Below, in pieces: positions 1-13,044 of a DNA stretch of 64,000 nt. Source of the stretch: Isurus oxyrinchus (lineage: Eukaryota); contig JANJGN010000035.1 in the NCBI GenBank assembly GCA_026770705.1, positions 7,688,001 to 7,752,000 on the forward strand, written 5' to 3'. The notes beneath the pieces are model-generated. The model saw nothing but the letters and a program-made list of their open reading frames with translations, searched no databases and was not told where the DNA came from. Positions within the stretch are counted from its first letter, which is position 1; each line of letters begins with the position of its first letter. A program made the position numbers and the translations under genes.

Positions 1-194
1 ATCTCTAGAGAGGGAAAAAATGTTAAGAAATTGAGACCACATGAATATTCTTCAGAGCTCTGAACAAGATTCAGGCGAAATTGAAACGCTAAGGACTGAT
101 GCCTGAGATGCTGATGTTTTCAAGCATTTTCTTTTTTTTATTTTAGCAATTAGGAGAGGGTTGTGTTGGGGAATTTATTAGGATTGAAATTTGT

Positions 195-1235
195 TGAATA
201 CCTGAGTCGCGATGCTATACATCCCAACATTTTGAAAGATGTAGCTTTGGGGATAATGGATGCAGGTTGACCTGCTTCCTAAACCATTACATGTGATACG
301 ATTTGTGCAGATTAGAAGGTAGTAAATATTACCACATTATTGAAAAAATGCAGGGAGAACATGGGGAACTGCAGACCTGATTCCCTTACGTCAGCAAACG
401 TGAAAATGCTGGAATGTATTCCATGGGATGTGATAGAAACGTCCATAAAAATTATCTGAATTTTTCAAAGTCAATATGGATTTGCGAATTGGAAATCATG
501 TTTGATTAACCTGAATTGTTCTTCTTGAGATTTTACTAACAGAATTGATAAAGGGTTTTCACTAAAGGTTAGTGTGCAAGTACACCAAGAAATTGGAGAA
601 GCTAACAGAATGTTACCATGTATTCCAAGCGGTAGTGAATGCAAAGTAGGGAGGAAATGCTTCAGGGGTACAGGTTATGAATGACACAACATTTATTGTA
701 CAGCGTACATTTTATTCAACTTTTTTCAGGAAGGATGTGCATGCATTGTAAGCAGTTCAGTGAACGTTTAAAAAGTAGTATTTGTAAGCTTGGGCTTTCT
801 TATGATGAATGGTTAAACAGAATAAGCTTTTAGCCATTGGACTTTAGATGATTAAGAGGAGACTAAATTGAAGCATGTAAGATCCTGAGTGGTCTGGACA
901 GTTTGGCTGTGGCGATAATGTTCCCTATTGTGGGAACATGCAGAACTAGTGGTCATTGTTTAAAAATAACTGTTCACCAATTTAAACCAGATAAGACTTT
1001 CCTTCATTCAGAAATTCGTGAAACTTCGGAACCCTTCCTAAAAGATGGTTGGAGCCAACTATTTCTATATTTTAAGGCAGAGCTGAATACATGCCCGTCA
1101 ATCAAGGGGGAGATAAGCAACAGGTTGGATGTAAATTTCAGGTTACTATCTCATCAGCAATGGTCTGATTAAATGGTGGAGCAGGTTCTAGGGATTGAAT
1201 GGCCTTTGTTGTTCCTAGTTTGCTTGTTCTTATGT
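195..1235 (+). mobile_element. Decayed CR1 LINE (RT fragments plus 3' end)
   Basis: Degenerate CR1 ORF2 motifs (IHP.ILK.VA, KV.N.T.L.KK, GN.RP.SLTS) near 200-560, C-terminal part 570-1100, 3' UTR-like gaatggcct...gttcttatg near 1200-1235; many stops. Confidence 0.8.
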
Positions 1236-1244
1236 TATTGGGTG

Positions 1245-1600
1245 AATTTAAATTCTTGGTTTTGGAGAAAGCATTTCATAGAGTTGCCCACAGGAGGTCG
1301 ATTAGCAAAACCATAACACATAGGTTAGGAGTTCATATATTGCAATGGATTGAGGAGTGTTTAACAGGCAGAAGACAGAAAGTAAGAATGATCACACCAC
1401 TATCGTTTTGGCAGGCTCAAGTTCGCAGGTGACACAAACCTAGGTGGGAAATGATGCTGTGAGGACGATGCAATGTGTTCTCGACAATTTGGACAAATTA
1501 GTGAGCGAGCAACAAATGATAGGTAGAATATAATGCGGTAAAATATGTGATTTTCCACGTTGGTAAGAGGAACGCAAGCGCAGAGCATTTCATAAAAGTT
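1245..1600 (+). mobile_element. CR1 LINE RT fragment
   Basis: ORF 1199..1432 contains KAFHRVAHRR..SK..THRLG..ILQWIEECLTGRRQKV, matching CR1 KAFDKVPHRRL..K..AHGI.G..L.WIE.WL..RKQRV. Confidence 0.85.
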
Positions 1601-3049
1601 TGTACCTTCATATTTTAGAGCATTTACTAGATCGAAACACTTTGTTTTTTTTTAAAATTATGTTCAAAATGCTCCACTTGCAAATCCTCAAATACCACAA
1701 TATTCCATTGCCGCTTTGCATACATAATTCAGATAGTTTCGACATTCAGACCCAAACCTTTGATATTCATAACTTGTTTAGTCTTTGAACAAATTATATC
1801 CTTTCAGATTTTTTCTCTTATTCAGTTCAGAGCGAGACTCATTTACTTGTTTTCGATCAATGATGAAAGCTTCATCATTCTGGAATGTTATTTTTTTTCT
1901 TTCTGACGCATATATCTTGCACGAAATTAACTGAACACGTCAATCCATTGTTTCGGAATATTGGAACTAATATAATTGAAACCATCCACTTGATCACAAT
2001 CCTATGGTGTATCCTGGCTTATCTGCGCATTAGCATGAACAGAGGATTTATTCTTAGATTATATTGTGAACTGTGTTTATATTTGTCGATGAAGTGGCTT
2101 GGTTTTTGACCCGATTCAACTTCTGCTCCTTCAATAAATGGGGATGATACAACTTCACATTTAGCTCAGTCAGTTGTGTTCACATGGACAACATTGTAGA
2201 TGAGAATGTCTTACGCTCAAAGCAACTTCTGACTCGTGGCACATCATCACAGGATGTGGAAAAGCTATAAATCCTGATATAACTTTCCCTGATGTAATAT
2301 TCATACGAATAATGACAGTTTAGAATGGAACAATATCTACACAAAAAACAATAGATCCAGTTAACATATGCACTTTAAATCATGGAAGCTTGGCGCATTT
2401 TGCATGTATACCATTTAAAAATATAATTTCCACTTATGAATAAATTGCTGCTTATTTTTCAAAACGAAAATGTTTAGCTAAACCTGTGTTTCTAATGTTA
2501 ATAATCTTAATCTTTACAGGCTTGTATGCGTATAAAAAACAACAGCAATTAGCATCAATCCTCCATTATATATGAAACCTAAGCAATATCTTACTTCTCG
2601 ATTTTAAACAACGGCAAATACATTGTATTGTGTTGGATTCTCAGAAATTTCTCTCAATTGTGCAGCGATTTTTTGGGAATCACGAGCGACGTTTACCTTT
2701 GAAGCTCCAAAAACCTACTTTCAAGAAACCTGCAATATGAACATGAATGCAGGTTGGGACATTTGAAAAAGCTCTATACTAATTTTTCATCACATTGCAG
2801 AGCAAAACATATTTTATCTTTTGAATTATTGTGTTCCATTCTGCGATCATATTTGCAATAATTAAATTTTAGTTCATTCTTATTGTTTTATCATTCCATC
2901 TTTGTGGAAATTTGCAAACAATGGTTTATATACACATGTGTCTCTGTGCATTAAATTTAAACTACAAGGCAAAATAGCCCCTGACCTGCAAAGTAGGAAG
3001 GTACACCATTCCAGGGCTGACCTGGCAACTATTGAGAGGCCATTTCCAA

Positions 3050-4760
3050 TTAAACCAATTCATAGCATTGTCTCATTATCTCAAATCCTTTCCATGATTT
3101 CGTTGCCCTAAACGAATTGTGAAGAACACTAAAGAACAAATTCTATGAAGGTTTGCTGCTGCATTTTCGTCAAGGTCATAACATTTAATCGGCGTGCCTC
3201 ACAGGTATCCTGTAACAACATTTCGAAAGTCATATAATCAGATGTTTGCTATTCTGGAAGATTGTAATAAATATCAACTATCTCGTTTCAAGCTTAGAAC
3301 CCATGTGTCCTCTTACGATGAAAGATCTGTAGTAATGTCTTTAAATAAGATAATGTATCAAATCTGTGCCAGGCAATTTTTTTTCTTTGTCAAGTCAGGT
3401 CTTGCGTGCTACGTAAGTAATCGCCTGAGCTATTAGCTTTGCAATCATCTGGTAACATAACATAATATTTATCCAGTTCTTGCTGTCAGGCCGCTTTTGC
3501 AACTTAAAACCTTTTTAACCTTTTCTTAACTGTTTCTTCACTGTTATCTCCTTACACTTGGACCCTTGTGTAATCATTTACATTAAGCCCCTTCACTTGA
3601 GTTCGAACTTTTCATCACTTCTTATTTTGCTCCTGTTTCCCGACCGCCCCTGAACCCATCCGACGCCCATGTAATCCTCTTATAATTGTGTCATTGGTAA
3701 CTGATCCATCACCAAATCAAGCTGTGCATATTTTTTGTTAGACATAATTTCCCCAATTGCAATCTATGCTTATTACATTGTTATTTTTTTAGACTGTAGC
3801 CCCTGCTCGGAAATCCAAATTGAACTTGTTGACAATGCTGTCAACCAAATTTTGTAAACTGCTGAAAAACGCCTTGAGACAAATCATTGTGTTCCAAAAA
3901 ACAGGTCTTATGAATTGACAAAGCCATTCTGATTTTCCACTGGAAAATGAGAAATTCACTTGGATTTTTGGTTAGATTTAACCTTAAAAATCCAGGGCAC
4001 AAGCGTCAGAAACTGGATTATAAAACTGACAAAAATACTGCGAAATTTTTAGGATTTGCGGAAAGAGTGCGAAATCCAATTGGAATTCGCAGGACTTAAT
4101 TTAAATAACATGAGACACGATTTCACGTTATAAAATGCAGACAAATGGCTCTTTCATATCTCATTCTGAGACCAAAACAAGTGAGCCATAGATGCATGCA
4201 ATTCGTTTCCTTTCTCCTATGTGATCCTTTTGGAGCCGATGTGCTACATTTATTCAGAAACCTTCCATTTGTTTTTGGCTAAAAGAACTTGAATTCTACA
4301 TTAAAATCTCATGAATGTGGACGCCTCCGCTCAAGCATCGGATTTCACTGTGTACCTTCGGCGAAATTACAATCAGGAAGACAACCTTTCTAAATCGCCT
4401 CCATTTTCCATTTTCTCTGAATTAAATTCCTTCTGCCCATTGCGTGCTAATTCCGGCAGTCCATCTATATCATGTTGCATCCTCCATACTTTTTGGTACT
4501 GCTCCAAGTTTGCTTCAATTGGCCAGTTTTGAAGTTTGTTCTGTATTCCAATACCCGTTTTTTTTTTTACATGTGGCATGAGGTGCATTTGCCGTAGCAA
4601 TGATACAATTGGAGTACAACAACCTACAATCGTCCAGTCTAAGAAATAAATCACAAGTCTCTCTTTTCTCTCCTTCTACCTTATATTTTATCGTTCTGGA
4701 CATTGCCTGTCATATTCCATGAGCCTCAATTTTGTAAGCTTGGCATCTTGACAAGCATTT
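3050..4760 (-). pseudogene. Decayed coding-like sequence, possibly the 3' continuation of the duplicated pseudogene
   Basis: Purine-rich minus strand with interrupted helical-looking peptides (EETVKKRLKRF*VAKAA*QQELDKYY; NWPIEANLEQYQKVWRMQHDIDGLPELARNGQKEF); no TE motif recognised. Confidence 0.35.
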
Positions 4761-4901
4761 TTGTAAAACCTTTATAACATTCACTGGAAACTGGAAACAC
4801 CCTTCTAATACGTGTTTAGTTGCAAAATCTCCAGTGCTTTGAAACGTACATAGATGATAAAGAACAGAGGAAGTAATTTTATTGTCCCTTAGACTAAGAT
4901 T

Positions 4902-5530
4902 GAGCAGAATGTTTCATTGACTTGCTGGTGGATTCAAAGGCAGGGTGAGGGGGCTGTGGTGAGTTGTTGTGGGGGAGGTGAAATGCTGGGGGAGGGTGGA
5001 GTTGGAGTTTGCATTGTAATGGACGGGTTTCCGGAGCATTTCCGATGGATTACCGCCGCCTCGACGATTCTGCAGTTTTACGCTTGGAGGGTTGTGGCTC
5101 CTCTGTCCTTTCCCCAATTGATACCTTCAGACAACTATTGACAATTAAGGGCTGTTTCCCGCTCAGCCTCAATTTTCTGGCTAGTGGAAGATGTTCAGTA
5201 GCATGTTGCGAACTCACAGGTTGACCATTGTTAGGACGTTTGGGATGGCAGTGTTCCCCGGCGAACAAAAAGAAAAGGGCGCCTGGCGTCGCTGATTGTA
5301 ATAGGTGACCAACTCTTCAAACAACCAAGTGTTTAACCCAATTTGATTTCTGCTTTCCCCTACACGCCAGAACACATCCACACTGACTAAATTTCGGCAC
5401 TGGGCCTAAATGGCCCTTAAAAAAAATAATTGCACTCAGCTGGCCGACATTCTGTCAAGGGTAGACTGGCCTGCCTAGGCCCGTAGCGTGGGAACAGAGC
5501 TCATAGGCCATCTGAGGAAATTTTCGCTTT
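4902..5530. mobile_element. Probable non-autonomous Harbinger-type element (MITE-like), decayed
   Basis: Starts gagcagaatgttt (like the GGGCAGAA.TTT end at 17507), G-rich subterminal region, ends near gaaattttcgc; GC-rich island in AT-rich flanks. Confidence 0.45.
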
Positions 5531-5599
5531 TCAGAAAGGATCCAAAATTGGGAGATAACATTAGCCCCCTGTTCAGCCCTCGGGCGCGAATGGTGTGCT

Positions 5600-7394
5600 C
5601 CATCAGCATGACCTTGTTGTGTCGGCTTTAGACCAGGGTGGCACACTCGTGGTGATTGGGGACTTGCTTTGGGGATGCCTTGTGATAAACGGAGTCTGCT
5701 GAAGGAAGTTTGCTGTTGGTTTGCTTCCTTTTTTATAAATTGGAGGCAGCTTTTCAATTAGTTTAATCCCAGGCAGATTTTTGTGAAATATGGCAAAGTC
5801 CCTTCTTATAATTTGAATAAAGGCATTTCCTGATGTCAATTCATATCGATGCTAGGCATTTATTTTTATTCGTCATATAGGTTAATCATCTGACACAATA
5901 TAATTATATCATAAATATCCGAATGTTTCTTATTGAACTTTTCATTGTTTTGGTCGAATTTGACCGCCAGAAAGTCGTTCTCTCTTTATCATAGGCATCC
6001 CTGAAAATACTCTAAACCAGCAGGAGCTCCTTCCTCTTGCCTCTCGAGCCATAACTCAACTCCATGTTATCCGCTCCCCCTGGCGTCACCTTAGCTACCC
6101 AAACTGACAACAATAACTTTTTTTTAATGGCAGGTGGTACTAAGACTCTCCAGATTGCTTGCAGTCCCAGACGTATTCATTCAATTTTCTGCTGTTGCAG
6201 AGGCCAGGGAGCTGCTGTGCAATCAGAATCGGGGAAAACTGTCTTATTCGGGTCTCCATCCCAGTGAGGAGCCCATCAGTGAGAAGCCAAATAAGGTTTG
6301 ACGGGAGCATTAAATTGCGAGGTGCAGGTAACAGCAGCCGGGAAGTGTTAATTCAGATGCCGTTAGATTGTGGAAAAACACTGGCCCATGATGCTATAGA
6401 ATTTTAACATACTTCATTAGATTACAATTATTCTTCTGCTCAGGTTCTCTGCGAGATTCCTCGCTCTTGTGAATTATTCGCCTCATCATGCCTAAGAAAA
6501 CTTATGCGTGTAAAGTAAGATGGCAGGCATCGAGGCCAAATCATTTGGAACTCAGTGTTGTTGGCAGAAACCTGAAACACTGGCTAGCCTTCTGCCCACC
6601 TGAGAAACTCTGGTACCCCTGCAACCAGGCATATATGGAGATTTGTGGCTCCCTTTTTTTTCGGATGTATCTATGCTTGCATTCCTCTTTAAATTATTTT
6701 TAACTTCGTTTTGCACCCATGTGTAACTCAAGTTTAGTACAAACACGTTTCCCTCTGTTTTTTTCAGATGAAGTTACATTGTTTCATAGGTTGCCATTGT
6801 GAGATTTGAACTCTTGATCTAGGGGTTACAAACCCAGTACCATAACCACTTGGCTATTTAGGCCAAGCTGCACCTATGTGCAGATGAACATTCTGTTTTC
6901 GCCGCTTAACTATCTCATTTCATATTTTCCTATTATAGTTTCAATTTGTCACAACTTTTCAATCTGCGAGTTTTCTGATGGCATTTTGAAATCAACTTGA
7001 GACTTCACGAATGTGTACAAGTGAGGAATTCGGTCATTTTCAAAGTTAGCCATTGGTTTAAGTTTTTTTTTAGTACAAAATCAATGCAACTTGCGGGTTA
7101 CAGTGATTCCAGCACGGATCCATTTGCAGCACTGAATTTCCTTTTCTAAATTCTGAATGAAGGCATTTTCTGGTGTTACTTCCTTTTGATGTTAGATGTT
7201 ATTTCGTTTATCATGTCAGTTACTTTTATTATATGAACCATTTGAATTAGTTCATGAATTTCTATTTATTCTGCATTGAGCTTCTCATTGTTTTAGTCCG
7301 TTTATCACGACAGAAAGTGGCATATGTTCTCTGTTCACAGTTTTTTTTTCCAACAAATGTGTTCTATTGAGCACGGGGCTCTAATTATAATCCC
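5600..7394 (-). pseudogene. Large pseudo-exon D (copy 1), 3' limit uncertain
   Basis: ttcatag acceptor then GIIIRAPCSIEHICWK...; two copies of an internal NNEKLN...ANF module; interrupted by a SINE, stops and frameshifts. Confidence 0.55.
6724..6868 (-). mobile_element. Short tRNA-derived SINE with 12-bp target site duplication
   Basis: Minus strand has A box TAGCCAAGTGG, stem-loop GGG-TTTGTAA-CCC, B box GAGTTCAAATC and a non-tRNA tail; flanked by tgcacccatgtg (6712-6723) and tgcacctatgtg (6869-6880). Confidence 0.85.
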
Positions 7395-7579
7395 CTATGA
7401 AGTCAATTAAGGAATAACTAATTGAACCACGATTAGGCTGCTTGAATCAATGATAAAGATAATTTAAGTTTCATACTGCAATCTAAGCCCCCCAATTAAA
7501 TCATTGGATCTCATAAACAAATTGAAGTGGAGTTTCATTTTGAAAGCGCCACAATGTTTGGCACTATGGGGTATTAATG

Positions 7580-8030
7580 AACATGCAATCATACAAATTA
7601 AGACGCGGAGTAGGGTTCTCGGCACCTGGAGATTGCTCAGCCAATCAAAAAGATTGTCGCTGAGCTAATGTTAGCAGCAGCTTCACATTGTTGCCTATGC
7701 GCGTTAACGTCTCACCCCCTTGCTTATAAAGAATCCATCGACGTCAACATTAAATATATCCAAAGACACTGCCGAAGCCACTTTTTGACGAAGGGAATGC
7801 CACAGTCTTACAAAACACGGAAGGAAATTTAAAGCTCTCTCCATCTCCGTCTTAAATCCCGAACTCTTATTTTTAACAGTGACCTCCAGTTCTAGAAATC
7901 GCATAAACAACATCCTTTCACCAACTTCCCTGTGAAATTCTGCTCAGGATCATATATGTTTCAAACAAATCATCTCCTATTCCTCCGAAGTCGGCGGACA
8001 AAAGCCTAGCGAGTTCAGAAAAATATACCA
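7580..8030 (-). mobile_element. CR1 3' end fragment in pseudogene intron (copy 1)
   Basis: Antisense CR1 3' UTR/ORF2 end; also present in copy 2, so it predates the duplication. Confidence 0.75.
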
Positions 8031-8144
8031 TGATGGGCGAGGTCAATGTTGGAAGGACGTCTGAGATGATTAATCACTCCAAGAGATCTGCTCAGTACCA
8101 TTCAATCCTATTGCAGCTTTTCTCACCTTAATCAGTCGACTTAC

Positions 8145-8225
8145 AGTTGCATGTTTTATTTTCTCTCTTAAGAGACACTGCTTCACTGCATGGCTTTAAA
8201 AATAATCAATGACCTTCTGCATTAC
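8145..8225 (-). pseudogene. Pseudo-exon C (copy 1)
   Basis: 81 nt, VMQKVIDYF*SHAVKQCLLREKIKHAT, gtaagt donor; acceptor reads cg here but ag in the paralog. Confidence 0.7.
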
Positions 8226-8333
8226 CGAAAACTGGACGGTTCAGTGGAAGTGAACTATCGTACGGATAAAGGCGATTGCACCAGCCTGCTACACTAATGT
8301 TGAATAATTGTGCTCAATAAATTCTCATCTTAC

Positions 8334-8526
8334 CTTGTGCTAGAGTGCATGATGCAGGTTGAAAAGTTTCTGGCGATATTTATGTCGCGCTTTCAGCAGT
8401 TAGCACAGAATGGGTAAAGTTCAGTGAGACCATATAGTTATAAACGCGAAATTCAGACTGTTCTACCAAATCGCTCTTGGCACACCAATATCTGGTATAG
8501 ATACCGAAGACAATTATATGTAGGCT
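8334..8526 (-). pseudogene. Pseudo-exon B (copy 1)
   Basis: tttgtag acceptor and gtaag donor; 193 nt here vs 191 nt in the paralog, consistent with a 192 nt ancestor; SLHIIVFGIYTRYWCAKSDLVEQSEFRVY...LKARHKYRQKLFNLHH. Confidence 0.7.
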
Positions 8527-8607
8527 CTACAAATTTAATGGCTCTGATCATTTTTAGTCCTTTCTATAAATTATTCGGCCATTCTGTCAAAAAATTGTGT
8601 ATCTTGC

Positions 8608-8898
8608 CATTGTTCCTTCCATCTCGGATTGGGTTTGGAACAAATATAAAAATTGTTCCAAAACTGGAATATGTCACAGGTCCTCAAAGAAATGGCATTG
8701 CTCATCGAATATGTTGCTCAGTGTGATAATAAAAGTTGACACAGATAGCATGGAGCGAAGATCACTGCTGAATCATTTGAGGAAAAGGAGCAAACAAGTG
8801 GAGTTCTCAATGAACAATCTAAATTGCCCCATTACATGATAAGAGTGGTTTTCATTTCCACTGCTTCCTGCTGTGCAGATCAAGTCCATTTCAATAGT
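8608..8898 (-). pseudogene. Pseudo-exon A (copy 1) of an unidentified multi-exon gene
   Basis: ttttcag acceptor, 291 nt = 97 codons TIEMDLICTAG...FLK*FSSDL...EQFLYLFQTQSEMEGTM with 2 stops, gcaag donor; paralog at 15741-16030. Confidence 0.65.
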
Positions 8899-8952
8899 CT
8901 GAAAATCTAACAGTTTCGGAGATGGAAGAAATCTGCATTGAGAGTTCAGTGT

Positions 8953-9654
8953 GAGCCTTAATTTCATTGTACCCTACTGGTGGGCTTTTAGGGATTCAGC
9001 ATAAATTATTCGAATATGGTTCCCACTGGATTCTTGCCTGCTCTGAACTCCCAGCAATGTTAAACTGTAGTGGGCGTGGCCTTAGGAGGACCGCCTGCTC
9101 TAATCACAGCGGCAAATCAGTGACCACTTGACGGTCTTTTTTCCGCCCTGACTCATTTTTTCGGTGGGCGGAAGGAATTACCAGGTTTGGGGCAAGCCCA
9201 ATAATAACCAGATTTAGGCCTTGAAGTGGATGGAGTGGGGCCACCAATAACAGTGGTCCTGGTTTTAACTTCAGCACCACTGCTGCTATATGTCCAGTAA
9301 TGGCTGCACGTACCTACCTCACCGCCAGTGCCCTGTCTACTCTAACTCCAAATCTCTTCGAGTCCTCCATGGCCAAAATCGAACTGAGGCCTGGTAGCTA
9401 ATGTTTTCCTGGAAAACTGGGATTTGGGATTCTGTTACCTCATACAGTCCTACTCATGTTTAAGCAACTTCTTGAGCTGCTGGCCGGAAAATCAGTGAGC
9501 CTGGAATTTTTCCCCACTGAGGCTCGAAAATCACTAATTAACAGTGAGTGCAGAGTGAAATGTGTGGCAGCAGGCCGTATCAATGGTAATGCGCTCACCA
9601 ACAATGCTCTGAATAGTGGGATGTGAAAACCCACCATTCTAAAAACTCTTGCCC
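8953..9654. mobile_element. Harbinger-type MITE (copy 1)
   Basis: ~700 bp, ends aaaactcttgccc followed by tta (TWA-like target); paralog at 16095-16796. Confidence 0.55.
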
Positions 9655-10149
9655 TTAGACGATAAAATACAGGCGTGAAAAGGGCACAGCGACCACCCAC
9701 CCACCCTCTGTATTGAAAGCTTCTAGTGCAAAAGATTAATAAACCCAAGGCCACGAAGGCAATTCCGAATTGCCGGACCGTGTGGGCTTTCAAGACTTTG
9801 AGAGACAGAGAATAAAGGGGGAGTGGGTGGGATTCAGAGGGGTAACCGGAGGTAGTAAGAGGGGTTCAGACCAATGAGAGGGGAATTCCAAGTTGAGCAT
9901 ACTGCACGATCCGAAGAGCAACCTAAATTACTTTTCCACTTTTAACCAAAGTCATTGTTGCTTCGGCAGCCTATATGTTGGGTCAACAGGCTTCGGAGCA
10001 AGCCTAATATATAATCGGTTTTCAAATTTAATAAGATTGGACAGCTACCGCCTTCTGAGCTTGCTCACCGCACGTTTTTCTGGAGATGAGTTTAATTGGC
10101 CCAGCAGCATGGAATTGCATTGCAGACCCAAACCCAGGCCGCGGTAGGC

Positions 10150-10955
10150 TCCAAGACCATTCCCCAAAATGGCAATGACCTGCTCAGGCCATTGCCGATG
10201 TGAGGGCTTGCAGGTCCGATTGGAAGTCCAGGGTCACCTGATTTTTCTCCTGAGAAGCTCCGCTCTGTCAATTGACGAGGCAGTGTGCTCGACAACGAGG
10301 GTCAACTCCGTGCTTAGGCTTTGCATGGGCATCTGGCAGGGTTGTATGAGGGAATGGTTCACTTGCTGTCTGCGAGGGAGGAGCCTAGGCAGAGTGCACA
10401 GGAAGAATCGGCCCTCAGGGCAGAACATCAGGATTCCTTTAATGAGAGATTGGCGACTGTCACGGAGATGGCCTTCCAACAAATGGATCAAAATATGTCT
10501 GGGTTACGCTCTGACTTGCAAGTCCTGACAGCGGTTCTGGCATCAGGTATTTTCTATTGTGGGAGGATTTGTGGACACCAAGTGCCGACACTAGGTGTCC
10601 ACACATCTGTGGTGAGCAGGGAGTTCGATTAAGACCTCACGTCTGCGTGGCAGCTGCCTCCTGTCGCTGTGAAATCCTATCATGGTGCTCCAGATGAGGG
10701 TTGCAGCTCCTACGCTCTTCTTAAATTCCATGCTGCTAACATTGGGCCTGCGGCAGCTATGGAGGTGCCAGTCCAGGAGCTGGCCACTCGCATCCAGATG
10801 GACCCATCATAGTCTCCACGGGTCAGATGAAACCGGCCAAGGCCACTTAGGCCAATAAGAAAGCAGAGTCAGCTGGCCCTCTCACAAGCCAGTTCAGGCG
10901 ATGGGGTGGAGCATCGACGTGGCACCCGGAAACGAAAACAGAGACTACCTTAGGC
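10150..10955 (+). pseudogene. Harbinger second gene (Myb/SANT partner), C-terminal part only
   Basis: LAGLYEGM...ERLATVTE...LRSDLQVL aligns with IHEGM...EESLQSM...IQRVQSLM of relic 2; position convergent to the transposase. Confidence 0.65.
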
Positions 10956-11254
10956 TTTCCACCTGTATGTCACTGGTGATTTTGTGATGGCCTTGGAACA
11001 GCGACCTGTTTTTGTAACATTATCGAATAATCATGTGGGCTTTAATTGTGGACAGAACAAAGTCCAACTTTGTTACCATGGTTGAGCATCAATTCATTGC
11101 GGTGCTTGTTTTCAATTTCACATAATTATAATGAGTGTTAGAGTGGAGATTGATGTTTCTGTAATTATTTTCAGCTGATCAGTGGAAGAGTGGCACATAA
11201 GGGCCACGTGTGGAATTCCAGGCAATGCTGTTCCTTCTGATCCATGTGTGTAGA

Positions 11255-12481
11255 GGGAGCTGAGGTTTCTTTGGATCAAACTATCCTGGATATCCTTGCT
11301 TCTTTCGCGTAAGCACGGGTCGTTGTTGTGGCCCTCATCATCGCCCTGTTCTTCCTCATCCACTGAGGAACTTAGTTATTCATTTTGTGCAGCCTCATTC
11401 AGTACGTCATGGTCTTCATCGTCAATTGCATCCCCCCTTTCCAAAGCAAGATTATGTAGGTCACAGCAGAGTGCCAAGACCTGGGAGATGAGATCTGGGG
11501 TGTAAAGGAGTGTGCCCCCTGAGTACTCCAGGCAATGAAAGCACATTTTCTGAAGACCGATGGTTCTTTCCACCACAGACCTTTCAGTGCTCTGGCTCCT
11601 GTTGTGCAGATGCTCAGCTTCTCTTCTTGAACAGTGTACTGGCGTAATGTTACCATCACAGGGGTTAGCCCTTGGTGTCTTGCTGGGCCAAAGCACTGAA
11701 GATCCCTGGTACCTGAGAATGTCTAAGGATATATGTATTGTGCGAGAGGTTTTGGAACGTTGCACAGACTTTAAAAATCTGCACCGTGCGATAAGACACT
11801 TCCTGCAAGTTCACGGACTGGAAGCACTTCCTTCTGACAAATGCAGCAAATTCACCTGTGGGTGCCTTGATGCGTGCAATCTATAGCACCCTGGATGCGG
11901 AGGAATCCCACAACGCCTCTGGTTCGCTGTGCCTCACTTGCGTGGGTGCAGCAGAAGTGAATAAAGGTGACTTTCCGTCTCAACAGAGCATCTGTAGCCT
12001 GCTTCACACAGTTTCCGACAACTGATTGGGAGACACCACAAAGACCACGCACTGAGGCGTGGAAGGAGATAGAGGCATTGAAGTGGAGGGCAAAAGTGAG
12101 CTTCAGAGCCACTGGCATGGGATGTCGTCCCAAGAAGTTAGGGGAGAGAGTAGGGCCTATCATCTGACAGATATCGTTGACTGTCTCCCCTGAGAGTCGG
12201 AGCCTACTTCGGCACTGCACCTCAGTCATATTGAGGTAGCTGCTTCGCTGTCTGTATACCCTGGCAACAGGATAGTGGTGTCGTCTGCGGACGCTTGCAT
12301 GTTGGACAACCTTATGGCACTGTAACCCTCGTGCCTGCGCCTGGACACCCAAAGGTGCATCTCTTGGAGTCTGATTGTCCAGTCCTGTCCTCCTCCTTAT
12401 TCTATCACTCACTTCCTTTTCAGGGGAGGTGCCGCCACTGGGGATGTCAGAAACTGCAGCCCCAGGCCAAATGCAGACCAC
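11255..12481 (-). pseudogene. Harbinger DDE transposase (HARBI1-like), frameshifted
   Basis: RVYRQRSSYLNMTEVQCRSRLRLS, PVALKL..AL.F.AS.SF, IQGAIDCTH, RSVVERTIGLQKMCFHCL..SGG.L.Y, CCDLHNLA, acidic tail. Confidence 0.92.
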
Positions 12482-13044
12482 CGCAAAGCTGCAAGGCTGA
12501 AAACTAATGTTGCCTGCAGAATGCTTTCACTTTACAAAGAATACCTCGTGGACATCGATGAGAACTACTTACAATCACACAAGTATATTTTAAACACTTT
12601 TATCATTTTTAACTTCGTGGAAAACTTGAGCAACGCCTCTTAGTCCACATATCACTACATTGCAAAACATTCATTAAATAATCTCGTACATGCTTTCCCG
12701 TTGGGTCCATGCATCGACCCGAAGTTCTGACAGGCCCCTCAAAATAGGTCACAATTCGCAAGCTAAGAGGCTTAACATACCCTTCAATTAATGGCTAGTG
12801 AACTGATTGCACAACCCACTGATATATCATGATGGCATGTGCTGACATAAGAACACTTGCGCGATGGCAGCACGCTTCATTTTATGAGCTGATGTGCAGG
12901 CTACGCAATCCACATGTCAGCCAGAACGTTCTGGCCAAAAGCTCCATGTTCCGGACTCCAACGGGAATTTTGCCCTCCATGTGCAGGAGGTTGGGGTGTT
13001 AGCTGCTGGGGTGCAGAAGTTTTCCTGTAGTAATAAAAGAATTA

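Larger units (their letters stand above)
5680..10140. repeat. Segmental tandem duplication, copy 1
   Basis: Collinear shared anchors with 13045-17445, e.g. aagccaaataagg, ttcggtcattttcaaagtt, attataatccccta, atatctggtatagata, tgcttcggcagcctata. Confidence 0.95.
10140..12936 (-). mobile_element. PIF/Harbinger DNA transposon relic 1 (left end missing)
   Basis: Transposase on minus strand converging on the partner-gene C-terminus on plus strand; TIR-like end gttctggcc at ~12936. Confidence 0.85.

Noticed and set aside
2520-2751. Plus-strand exon between tttacag and gttggg
   Set aside because: All three frames contain stops and nothing else in the window supports it.
6795-6868. Functional tRNA-Thr gene
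   Set aside because: No proper acceptor stem, and it has a non-tRNA tail and TSDs; it is a SINE.
8597-8839. Plus-strand ORF conserved between duplicates
   Set aside because: No plus-strand splice or start context; it is the antisense shadow of pseudo-exon A.
11255-12481. Domesticated HARBI1 host gene
   Set aside because: Frameshifted, and it sits in a transposon context with a partner gene and TIR-like end.
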